NCBI GenBank assembly: GCA_965204865.1
Contig: OZ242027.1
Span: 3,779,986 to 3,843,985, forward strand
Reading direction: 5' to 3'
Length of the DNA: 64,000 nucleotides
DNA from: Dehalococcoidia bacterium
Lineage (GTDB): Bacteria; Chloroflexota; Dehalococcoidia; Lucifugimonadales; UBA3495
The position numbers and the translations under genes were made by a program. A model generated the notes under the pieces. It did not search any database. It was not told the DNA's origin and saw nothing but the letters and a program-made list of their open reading frames with translations. Below are positions 26,392 through 34,167 of this stretch, one piece after another (position 1 is the stretch's first letter; the number at the start of each line of letters is the position of its first letter).

Positions 26392-27021
26392 TCAGATGAG
26401 GAGGTTGTAGCCGATGGGGAGGGCGGTTCTGCCGGTGAGGGCGTTGGCGAGGTCGGGGCCGCGGCCTTCGGCGACGGCTACGCCGGTGAGCACCTGGAGG
26501 GTAATCTGCGTTCCGCTGGCTGGGGGAGTCGCTTCGACGCCCAGGGCGCGGGCGAAGTCGCCGCCGTGGATGACCAGCTCCATGGTGCGTAGCTGGAGGT
26601 AGTCTATGAGGCGCATACCGCCCTGGGGGGTGGCCAAGATGAAGTCGTCATCCAGCTCGTTGACCCTCTCGCGGGCCATGTTCAGGAAGCCGCGCACCAT
26701 CATCTGCGGGTTGTCCATGATTTCCAGACCGGCGGAACGGCCCATCTCGGCAACGCGGTCCGGGTTCATATTCTGGCGGACATTGACAATCCACTGGGTG
26801 GTGGACTCGACGTCCACCTGCGGCGCGGCCTTTTCGGAGTAGCCGACGACGGTGTTGATGGAGCGGTAGGTGTGGCCCGCCAGGTCGCGGAGCGTCCACT
26901 GGCCCAGGGCGTGGTCCTCCCAGGCGTCAATGTCCACGCCGTCCACCAGCTTGGCGAAGAACTCGGCGGATTCCAGGTAGGCTTCTCTTATCTTGTGGCC
27001 GAAGGGAGTTCGGGTACTCAC
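26392..27021 (-). CDS. DinB/MDMPI-family (TIGR03083-like) protein
   Basis: ALGQWTLRDLAGHTYRS. GTG start 6 nt after GGAGG. The upstream ORF extension is repeat-derived. Confidence 0.7.
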   Translation of the reverse strand: MSTRTPFGHKIREAYLESAEFFAKLVDGVDIDAWEDHALGQWTLRDLAGHTYRSINTVVGYSEKAAPQVDVESTTQWIVNVRQNMNPDRVAEMGRSAGLEIMDNPQMMVRGFLNMARERVNELDDDFILATPQGGMRLIDYLQLRTMELVIHGGDFARALGVEATPPASGTQITLQVLTGVAVAEGRGPDLANALTGRTALPIGYNLLI

Positions 27022-27052
27022 GTGGTCCTCCGTGCTAATGGCGATTGGGGAC

Positions 27053-27086
27053 GCCCTCACCCTCACCCTCTCCCTGAGGGAGAGGG
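27053..27086. repeat. Family D hairpin repeat (inverted orientation)
   Basis: GCCCTCACCCTCACCCTCTCCCTGAGGGAGAGGG. Confidence 0.9.
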
Positions 27087-27088
27087 AA

Positions 27089-28141
27089 CTATGGCTCGCC
27101 TACCAGGTTCTCTACTTCGAGGGACTTCATCAGGCCGCTTATCTGTTCCCAGGTGTCGTCCTCGACGAAGATGCCTTCCTGGCGGCGGCGCTGCTCGGTG
27201 CGGTGCTCGATTTCGCCGGGGTAGAGGACCTCGGTGAAGCCGGCGGCGGGGGGCGAGTCCTTGATGAACTCGACGAACTCGCCCATGTCCTTCTTGAACT
27301 CGTCCAGCGGGCGGAAGTGCTCCAGGTTGAAGGCGGCGATGAAGCAGCCGTCGTTGTGGCGGCCCTCCGGGTCTATGCCGAAGCCGAGGCCGGTGAGCAG
27401 GCCGGAGAATACCTCCACCATAAAGGAAAGGGCGTATCCCTTGTGGCCCTGGTCGACGCCGACGGGCAGGATTGCGCCGCCGGAGAAGTAGTCGTTGGGG
27501 TCGGTGGTGGGGTTGCCGTCGCGGTCGACAATCCAGCCGAGGGGTATGGACTCGCGGCGGTTTCGGGACAGGGCAATCTTGCCCAGGGCAACGGTGCTGG
27601 AGGCCATGTCCATCAGCACCGGGCCTTCTAGGTCGCTGGGCATACCGATGCAGATGGGGTTGGTGCCCAGCTTGCGGGCGCGTCCGCCGAAGGGGGCGAC
27701 GTGCTTGGGGGCGGCGCCGGAGTCAGCGGTAATCAGGCCGATCATGCCCTCGGCGGCGGCCATGGTGGGATAGTCGCCCAGCCGGCCGATGTGGCTCTGG
27801 CTGTGGACGGTGATGGCGGCGACGCCGTGGGCGCGGGCCTTGTCTATGGCCATGCGCATGGCCCGCTCGGTGACCACGAATCCGAAGCCCCAGTTGCCGT
27901 TGATGACGGCGGTGCAAGGGGCCTCGCGCTCGACCACGAAGGGCGCGCCGGGGACGATGTGGCCGACGTCGATGCGCTCGGCGTAGGTAGGAATCTGGAT
28001 GACGCCGTGGGAGTCATGGCCGCACAGGTTGGCCTTGACCAGGTGCTTGGCCACCGTTTCGGCCTCGGCATCGGGCGTGCCCTTGGCGCGATACACGTGG
28101 TAGGCCACTTTCTCCAAATACTCGGCGGAAAAGACGGGCAT
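27089..28141 (-). CDS. Ldh_2 family (malate/L-lactate/sulfolactate dehydrogenase-type) oxidoreductase
   Basis: AETVAKHLVKANLCGHDSHGV and GHKGYALSFMVE. Confidence 0.85.
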   Translation of the reverse strand: MPVFSAEYLEKVAYHVYRAKGTPDAEAETVAKHLVKANLCGHDSHGVIQIPTYAERIDVGHIVPGAPFVVEREAPCTAVINGNWGFGFVVTERAMRMAIDKARAHGVAAITVHSQSHIGRLGDYPTMAAAEGMIGLITADSGAAPKHVAPFGGRARKLGTNPICIGMPSDLEGPVLMDMASSTVALGKIALSRNRRESIPLGWIVDRDGNPTTDPNDYFSGGAILPVGVDQGHKGYALSFMVEVFSGLLTGLGFGIDPEGRHNDGCFIAAFNLEHFRPLDEFKKDMGEFVEFIKDSPPAAGFTEVLYPGEIEHRTEQRRRQEGIFVEDDTWEQISGLMKSLEVENLVGEP

Positions 28142-28298
28142 GGCGGAACCTCTGGCGGTGCGGTTATGTCGGGCGGGAGAAATCGCCCTAAGTCTAGCCT
28201 TGCCTTACAGCATTGTCCAGAAAGGCCGCCGGGCAATCAGGCTATCGCATTTGCCCAGGGCGCGAGGGAATCATCGAATTGCTCCGGGAGGACAGGAA

Positions 28299-28661
28299 TC
28301 AGGCGGCGTTGGGGCGCTCCCAGAGGTCGGGGCGGAGGAGGGGGCCTTTCCTGGCCCAGGGGATGAGGGTGAAGACGACCTCGCGGGGTTCGGGGCCGGT
28401 CCTGTTTTGGATGCAGTCCAGGAAGTAGCGCACCAGCTCTTGGCCTCTGCCCAGGCGGAAGCCGGCCTGTCCCACCCGGGGCGGGAACATCATGCAGATG
28501 CCGGCGAGGTCGCGCTTATGGGGGTTTTCGCTGAGGACGGCCTGGTCGAACTCGTCGCAGAATTGCATGGCGAGGTTGCGGAGTTTGAGGATGGCGAGGA
28601 CGGGCTTGAGCCTTTTCTGGAGGGCGTCCACCTGGCGCCGGAGGTAGCTGATGGAGTACAT
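28299..28661 (-). CDS. hypothetical protein
   Basis: 120-aa ORF with GAGGAGG 8 nt upstream of the ATG. No recognisable family. Confidence 0.5.
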   Translation of the reverse strand: MYSISYLRRQVDALQKRLKPVLAILKLRNLAMQFCDEFDQAVLSENPHKRDLAGICMMFPPRVGQAGFRLGRGQELVRYFLDCIQNRTGPEPREVVFTLIPWARKGPLLRPDLWERPNAA

Positions 28662-28751
28662 CTTTATTCCTCCTCTGATGTTGCTGTTGGGGTTGAAATT
28701 TTTATTTTCCGGTCATTTCCGCCCATTTCCGGTCATTCAGCTTTGGGGTTG

Positions 28752-28775
28752 GCCCTTCGACAGGCTCAGGATGGG
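28752..28775. repeat. Family E repeat fragment
   Basis: GCCCTTCGACAGGCTCAGGATGGG. Confidence 0.7.
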
Positions 28776-28956
28776 AAGGTTGTGACGAGGGTTGGAAGGC
28801 TGCGGTTGGGGGTTTTACGGGCCTTTCTTCTGGGGTTCTGGGGCATTGGTTGGCACTGGGGCCTCAGTGGCGGGTTGGGTTTTGGGTTGCTGGGGAACAT
28901 ATGTTCGTATACTGTATTCTTATGGTACAGGTTGGGGGCGGGTTTGGCAAGGGAGT

Positions 28957-29044
28957 GTCTGAACTGTGATTTTTGTGATTCAGGGATGGGCAGGATGGCA
29001 CTGATTGATGATTCTCTGGATTCCGGCTTTCGCTGAAGTGACGG
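28957..29044. repeat. truncated family C left end fused to a degenerate family A unit
   Basis: GTCTGAACTGTGATTTTTGTGATT... lacks the right terminal repeat and runs into CTGGATTCCGGCTTTCGCTGAAGTGACGG. Confidence 0.75.
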
Positions 29045-29133
29045 GTGAGTGATTTCATATGCGATAGCCCTAAGACAAGGTGGAGGGCTGTTGTTGGGGG
29101 GCGGGGGCCCGTGCTATTATTTTGTAGTAGAGT

Positions 29134-29208
29134 GCCCCTGTAGCTCAGTGGATAGAGTGCCGGCCTCCGGAGCCGGAGACGAGAGTTCGATCCTCTCCGG
29201 GGGTACCA
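29134..29208 (+). tRNA. tRNA-Arg (anticodon CCG)
   Basis: Hand-folded cloverleaf. Acceptor GCCCCTG/CGGGGGT, anticodon stem CCGGC/GCCGG, loop CTCCGGA, T-arm GAGAG-TTCGATC-CTCTC, encoded CCA. Confidence 0.9.
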
Positions 29209-29247
29209 CCGCAACCCTTCCTCTCCATACTTCCCTCGCGTTTTCTC

Positions 29248-29322
29248 CGGGGCGTGGCCCAGCGGCAGGGCGCCTGGTTTGGGACCAGGAGGTCGGCAGT
29301 TCAAATCTGCCCGCCCCGACCA
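29248..29322 (+). tRNA. tRNA-Pro (anticodon TGG)
   Basis: Hand-folded cloverleaf. Acceptor CGGGGCG/CGCCCCG, anticodon stem CCTGG/CCAGG, loop TTTGGGA, T-arm GGCAG-TTCAAAT-CTGCC, encoded CCA. Confidence 0.9.
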
Positions 29323-29464
29323 TTTTGCAACACGGCTGCTGATTTCCCGGAAGGTGAGAACCAGGTTTGACCGCGACTCACCGCGGGCTCATAACATCGC
29401 CTCAATCCCGCAGCGTTCCAGCCACAACGGGCGACCTAACCCGAACCAAGGGGCAAGGTGCGAG

Positions 29465-30160
29465 ATGACCACAGAAAACACCATCCAGAGAGCGGGAACG
29501 TTCAGGTTGCCCGACCCACCGCCAAGAGAACTGGACGAAGTGACTGCATTTGAACAAATCTACGACCACGGTTATCTCCGTTACCTGGCCATCCACTTCG
29601 GCAACTTCGACACCACCCTGGTGACCGCCGACAAGTGGATGGTCGCCTCGCCCCACGACAACCGTGTGCGGGCCAGGAGACCCGACCTCCTCATCGCCTT
29701 CAACGTCAGCCCGGAGGACTACCGGGCCAGCAACGGCTACATCATTTCGGAGCAGGGCAAGCCGCCCGACTTCGTCATGGAAGTGGCCTCGGCCAGCACT
29801 GCGGATGTGGATACCGGGGCCAAGCGGGACGACTACGCCGCCCTGGGCATCCCGGAGTACTGGCGCTTCGACGAGACCGGCGAGCACCACCATACCCGGC
29901 TGGCCGGAGACATCCTGGAAGGGGACTCCTACCGGTCAGTACCCATAGATGAGGTGGCGCCGGGAGTCCTACAGGGGTATAGCCCGGTACTGAACCTCAT
30001 CATAAGATGGGACCACGGGCGGCTGGTCTGGGTGGACCCGTCTATGGAGCGGCCCATCCTCACCTACGAGGACCAGGAAAGCAGGGCCGACGAGGCCGAG
30101 GCCAGGGTCCGCATACTGGAAGAAGAGATCCGCCGGTTGAGAGGGGAAGAACTTCCCTGA
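29465..30160 (+). CDS. Uma2 (DUF820) family endonuclease with a C-terminal coiled coil
   Basis: PDFVMEVASASTADVDTGAKRDDYAALGIPEYWRFD. The start is taken at MTTENT. Confidence 0.8.
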   Translation: MTTENTIQRAGTFRLPDPPPRELDEVTAFEQIYDHGYLRYLAIHFGNFDTTLVTADKWMVASPHDNRVRARRPDLLIAFNVSPEDYRASNGYIISEQGKPPDFVMEVASASTADVDTGAKRDDYAALGIPEYWRFDETGEHHHTRLAGDILEGDSYRSVPIDEVAPGVLQGYSPVLNLIIRWDHGRLVWVDPSMERPILTYEDQESRADEAEARVRILEEEIRRLRGEELP

Positions 30161-30220
30161 AGCCACCGGGGCGTAAGGCCGGCCCCGCAACGCAATTCTG
30201 CCCTCTGGCTACGTGATTCC

Positions 30221-31012
30221 CTAGCCGTCCGGTCTGCGGCGGAAGTCGAGGATATATTCGAAGGTGGCGCCCATGGTGATGTAGTTGCTGGGCCAGCCGA
30301 AGATGCCGACCTTGTTCACTATGTTGGTGCGGTCCCAGATGATGGTGTTGCGGAACTCGTATCCGACGCCGCGTAGGGCCTCAATTACCGACAGGTGTAT
30401 CGTTATCCGCTCGTTCTCCCACCACATATCGGGGACGTTGACGACGCAATGCCCGCCGGGGCGCAGCAGCGGCAGCAGCCCGGCGTAAATTTCCGCCAGC
30501 GCATGAGAGTATTCTTCGAGGGGCATCGTGCCGAGGTCGCGGGCGTCTTGGGAATACTGCTCAATCTCGCCCAGTTGTTCATTCTTCCTGTCACGGCGGG
30601 ACTTGTTGCGCCGCTGGCGGTTCAGCAGGTTGGCGTAGGGCGGCGAGGTTAGAATCAGCCCAACGGAGTCCGGGGTTAGGTAATAAGGAACAGCCCTGGC
30701 GTCGTCCTGCACCGCTACCTGCACAGAATCCTCAGACTCGCCCAGCCTTTCGGCGGCAAGGCGGACATAGCCCTCCTGCAAGTCGAAGCCTACGGCGTTG
30801 CGGTTGGCGTCCTGCGCCGCCACCAGCGTGGTGCCGCTGCCGACGAAAGGGTCCAGCGCCAGCTCGCCCTCGTGAGTGAACAGTTCGATTACCCGGCGGG
30901 CCAGCGAAATCGGGAACGTCGCGGGATGCGTCTTCTTGTCCCGGACATCGCGGCGCTCGTAATTGAACTGCCATACCCCCAACTGGCTCTTAATCCACTC
31001 TTTGGCGGTCAT
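30221..31012 (-). CDS. DNA methyltransferase (N4-C/N6-A, PF01555-like) with motif X/I ahead of SPPY
   Basis: HPATFPISLARRVIELFT...DPFVGSGTT comes first and ILTSPPYANL later. The start is taken at MTAKEW. No adjacent nuclease ORF on the same strand. Confidence 0.8.
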   Translation of the reverse strand: MTAKEWIKSQLGVWQFNYERRDVRDKKTHPATFPISLARRVIELFTHEGELALDPFVGSGTTLVAAQDANRNAVGFDLQEGYVRLAAERLGESEDSVQVAVQDDARAVPYYLTPDSVGLILTSPPYANLLNRQRRNKSRRDRKNEQLGEIEQYSQDARDLGTMPLEEYSHALAEIYAGLLPLLRPGGHCVVNVPDMWWENERITIHLSVIEALRGVGYEFRNTIIWDRTNIVNKVGIFGWPSNYITMGATFEYILDFRRRPDG

Positions 31013-31288
31013 GCAGTTGAGATGGCCGGCCTTGCACCGGCAGGCCCTTTCGCCGGATAGGGGCAGAAGGGCGCGGTGAAGGTCATCACCCTCAAGCACC
31101 AGTCGTGGAGGGGCTGGCTGGGCAGAGCCGGATATGTTGCCGATGGCCGTTTCCAGGACCGTCCTCCCTGTCTGGATTTGCCGCGAACCTTACCGGGCGT
31201 TATGTTTGGCAGTCAACGGGCAAGTGTCAGTACCGCCGTATGATTTCGTCTATAATGGCGGGCGACAGCTTGGAAACGGAGGGTTGAA

Positions 31289-32041
31289 ATGCGGCTGGAA
31301 GGAAAGGTTGCCATCATCAGCGGCGGCGCTCGCGGCATGGGGGCCGAGGAAGCGCGCCTGTTCGCCCGGGAGGGCGCCAAGGTGGTCATCGGCGACGTGC
31401 TGGAGGACGATGGGCGGCAGGTGGAGGCGGAGGTCACCGAGGCCGGCGGGGAGTGCGTGTTCGTGCGGCTGGACGTCACCAGCGAGGACTCCTGGGCCGA
31501 CGCGGTGGCTACGGCGGTGTCGCGCTTCGGCAAGCTGGACGTGGTGGTCAACAACGCCGGCGTGGTGGCCCGCGGCGTACTGGAGGACACCAGCGTCGAG
31601 GAGTGGGACCGGGTGATGGACGTGAACGCCAAGGGGGTGTTCCTCGGCACCAAGTCCGCTATCCCCGAAATGCGGAAGGCCGGAGGCGGCTCCATCATCA
31701 ACATCTCTTCGATGTCAGGAATGGTGGGGCAGAGCTACATCCAGCCGGTGTACAACGCATCCAAGGGCGCGGTGCGCATCTTCACCAAGTCGGCGGCCAT
31801 CCAGTACGCCAGCGAAAACATACGGGTGAACTCGGTGCATCCCGGGCCGATAGACACGCCGATGGCCGGGGAGCGGCTGAACAACCCGGAGCTGCAACGC
31901 GAGGCGGAGGAGCGGAATCCGCTGGGCCGGACTGCCCACCCCATCGAGGTGGCCTATGGGGTGCTGTACCTGGCGTCGGACGAGTCGTCGTTCGTTACGG
32001 GAGCGGAGCTGGTGATTGACGGCGGGGCTACGGCGACGTAG
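31289..32041 (+). CDS. SDR family oxidoreductase
   Basis: KVAIISGGARGMG, NNAG, and YNASKGAV (YxxxK). Confidence 0.9.
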   Translation: MRLEGKVAIISGGARGMGAEEARLFAREGAKVVIGDVLEDDGRQVEAEVTEAGGECVFVRLDVTSEDSWADAVATAVSRFGKLDVVVNNAGVVARGVLEDTSVEEWDRVMDVNAKGVFLGTKSAIPEMRKAGGGSIINISSMSGMVGQSYIQPVYNASKGAVRIFTKSAAIQYASENIRVNSVHPGPIDTPMAGERLNNPELQREAEERNPLGRTAHPIEVAYGVLYLASDESSFVTGAELVIDGGATAT

Positions 32042-32061
32042 GGGCTCGATTGGCGCCCCGG

Positions 32062-32394
32062 TCAGCCAAGCTCGATGATGCCGCGGGCGGGGTCTTGCTC
32101 GAAGTCGAGGATTTCGTCGTAGTGGTCGCGGAGCAGGGATTCGACTACCGCATTCGGAGTATTGCCGGTACGAATCCAGATGACTTTGGGGGGATGGCCT
32201 CTCTCCCTGTTCAAGCGGCGATAGTCAGAGTCCTTGGTGACTATGACGAAGCCGTATTCTCTGGCATAAGACCAGATATTTGTATCCTTTTCCCGGCGCG
32301 GTAACACCTCGCTGATGTGCAGCGAACCTGGAAATTGATCCTGCAATAGTAGGCTGAGCTTATCTGACAGATTATGGTCGACCAGCAATTTCAT
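32062..32394 (-). CDS. DUF5615-family PIN-like toxin
   Basis: MKLLVDHNLS...FVIVTKDSDY. The start overlaps the stop of the upstream DUF433 gene. Confidence 0.75.
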   Translation of the reverse strand: MKLLVDHNLSDKLSLLLQDQFPGSLHISEVLPRREKDTNIWSYAREYGFVIVTKDSDYRRLNRERGHPPKVIWIRTGNTPNAVVESLLRDHYDEILDFEQDPARGIIELG

Positions 32395-32936
32395 TCAGAG
32401 ACACTGCTCCATGGCTCGTCAACTACTTCACTCGCCTCTCTCGTCCATTCAACTCCGTGAAGGGGCACCAGCGCGAAGCGGCGCTTGCGGTCGGCGACGA
32501 AGGCGATGCTGGCGAGGATGTCCTCAATCGTAAGATACGGGAAGTCGTCCAGTATCTCTTCGTAGGCCATGCCGCCAGCCAGATACTCTAGGATGTCGTA
32601 GACCGTCATGCGGATACCCCGGATGCAGGGCTGACCGCTGCGCTTGCCCGGCTCAATGGTGATGATGTGGGAGTAGTCGTTGACCGCCGGCATATCCGGC
32701 GGCGCCGTCACGCCGCGGCGCTCGCGGGCGGCGGCGAAGGCCAGGCAGGCTTTGATGTCTTTCCCGGTCAAATCCGGGAAGTAATTCAAGACCTCTTCCT
32801 CAGACATACCGGCGGCGAGTTGCCCGAGAACATCTCCCACGGTCACCGGGAGATCGCGGATGCAGTGCTTTCCGTATCGCTTGCCGGGCTCGACGGTGAT
32901 AATGTCAGTGAAGTCGATGGGGGAGTTGTCGGCCAT
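32391..32936 (-). CDS. tandem DUF433 antitoxin-like protein (two DUF433 domains)
   Basis: ITVEPGKRYGKHCIRDLPVTVGDVLGQLAAGMSEEEVL and ITIEPGKRSGQPCIRGIRMTVYDILEYLAGGMAYEEIL. The ATG at 32936 lies 9 nt after AAGGAGG. Confidence 0.8.
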   Translation of the reverse strand: MADNSPIDFTDIITVEPGKRYGKHCIRDLPVTVGDVLGQLAAGMSEEEVLNYFPDLTGKDIKACLAFAAARERRGVTAPPDMPAVNDYSHIITIEPGKRSGQPCIRGIRMTVYDILEYLAGGMAYEEILDDFPYLTIEDILASIAFVADRKRRFALVPLHGVEWTREASEVVDEPWSSVSE

Positions 32937-33027
32937 CGCTGGCATCCTCCTTGGGCGCGATGGTTTCATTTTAACATTGCCATGCCGGGCAAAGGCGCCC
33001 GGCGCATTTCCCCTGAAGGAGCGAGTG

Positions 33028-33876
33028 ATGCAGGAACGGCCCCTTGACGGCAAGATTGCGATAGTTACCGGCGCGGCCAGCCCGATGGGGCTGGGGCGGA
33101 ACATGACCGAGGCCCTGGTGCGGGCCGGGGCGCGGGTGTCGATGATGGACGTGAACCCGGAGTGGCTGGGGCAGTCGTCCAACGACCTGCGGGAGATTGG
33201 CGGGGACGACTGCGTTATGACGCAGGTGGTGGATGTGACGTCGGTGCGGGAAGCGGAGGAAGCGGTGGAGCGGACCATCGCGGAGATGGGCGGGCTGCAC
33301 ATCCTGGTGAACAACGCCGGAATCGCGCCACGCAATATGCTGCTGGGCGGCGATGCCCGCAACAACTTCTGGGAGGTGTCGGCCGCCGAGTGGGACCGGG
33401 TGATGGCGGTTAACGCGGGCGGACCGTTCTACATGACGCGGGCCGCGGTTCCCCACTTCCTGGCGCAAGGGTGGGGGCGCATCATCGGCGTCACCACCAG
33501 CCTGAACACGATGTACAACCCCGGGGGCACGCCCTACGGCCCGTCCAAGGCGGCCCACGAGGCGTTCATCGCCATGGCGTCGCGGGAGCTGGAAGGCACG
33601 GGCGTCACGGTGAACGTGCTGGTGCCGGGCGGGATGTCGAACACCAACCTGATTCCCGACGACGCCGCGCACCGCCGGGAGAGCATGATCCAGCCCGACG
33701 TGATGCGGGCGCCGGTGGTGTGGCTGGCGTCGGAAGCGTCGGACGGTATCAACGGGCAGCGGTTCATCGGGTACTACTGGGACGAGTCGCTGCCGCTGGA
33801 GGAGCGTATCCAGCGGGCGGGAGCGCCTGCGGCGTGGCCGCAACTGGGGGCGCAGGCGGTGCGGCCGGGGGAGTAA
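33028..33876 (+). CDS. SDR family oxidoreductase
   Basis: KIAIVTGAASPMG, NNAG, and YGPSKAAHEAF. Confidence 0.85.
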   Translation: MQERPLDGKIAIVTGAASPMGLGRNMTEALVRAGARVSMMDVNPEWLGQSSNDLREIGGDDCVMTQVVDVTSVREAEEAVERTIAEMGGLHILVNNAGIAPRNMLLGGDARNNFWEVSAAEWDRVMAVNAGGPFYMTRAAVPHFLAQGWGRIIGVTTSLNTMYNPGGTPYGPSKAAHEAFIAMASRELEGTGVTVNVLVPGGMSNTNLIPDDAAHRRESMIQPDVMRAPVVWLASEASDGINGQRFIGYYWDESLPLEERIQRAGAPAAWPQLGAQAVRPGE

Positions 33877-33921
33877 GAGTTGACGGCTGCCCTCCGTCGA
33901 ACCTGGAAATCCTGCTGCTTT

Positions 33922-33953
33922 CCCCTCTCTTCAAACCGGAAGAGAGGGGTTTC
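33922..33953 (+). terminator. rho-independent terminator candidate
   Basis: 10-bp perfect stem CCCCTCTCTT / AAGAGAGGGG with an 8-nt loop, followed by TTTCCTGCTT. Confidence 0.6.
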
Positions 33954-33991
33954 CTGCTTGACTGCCAAGTGGATTTTCCGGTCGCCAGTCG

Positions 33992-34020
33992 TTGACAGCC
34001 GCTATACCCGATGCTAATAT
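33992..34020 (+). promoter_or_regulatory. sigma70-type promoter candidate for the ABC importer operon
   Basis: TTGACA, a 17-nt spacer, then TAATAT. About 150 nt upstream of the substrate-binding protein start. Confidence 0.5.
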
Positions 34021-34167
34021 GCCGTGCAACTTGCGCTGAGTACAGGTTTCAGGACGATAAGGGCTTAATTAGGGGAATTAGATATAGTATTTGCCACCAA
34101 ATTTACGAAATCAGCAACTCCAACGGCGTAATCCAGCCTTATGTAACCAGGCCGTATCCAGCATCGT

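Noticed and set aside
28140-29036. 298-aa plus-strand ORF across the G/T-rich tract
   Set aside because: The translation is low-complexity (G/L/V/F-rich) and runs through repeat fragments. The minus-strand 120-aa ORF with a strong SD is the better call for part of the region.
29134-31100. Integrated prophage or genomic island at the tRNA-Arg/tRNA-Pro pair
   Set aside because: No integrase, no excisionase, and no direct repeat of a tRNA 3' end found in the window. Only a Uma2 gene and a methyltransferase follow.
32391-33365. Long 324-aa version of the DUF433 ORF, and the long 338-aa version of the SDR ORF (32860..33876)
   Set aside because: The N-terminal extensions overlap each other on opposite strands and lack motifs. 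Internal starts with good SD sites (32936 and 33028) give canonical protein lengths.
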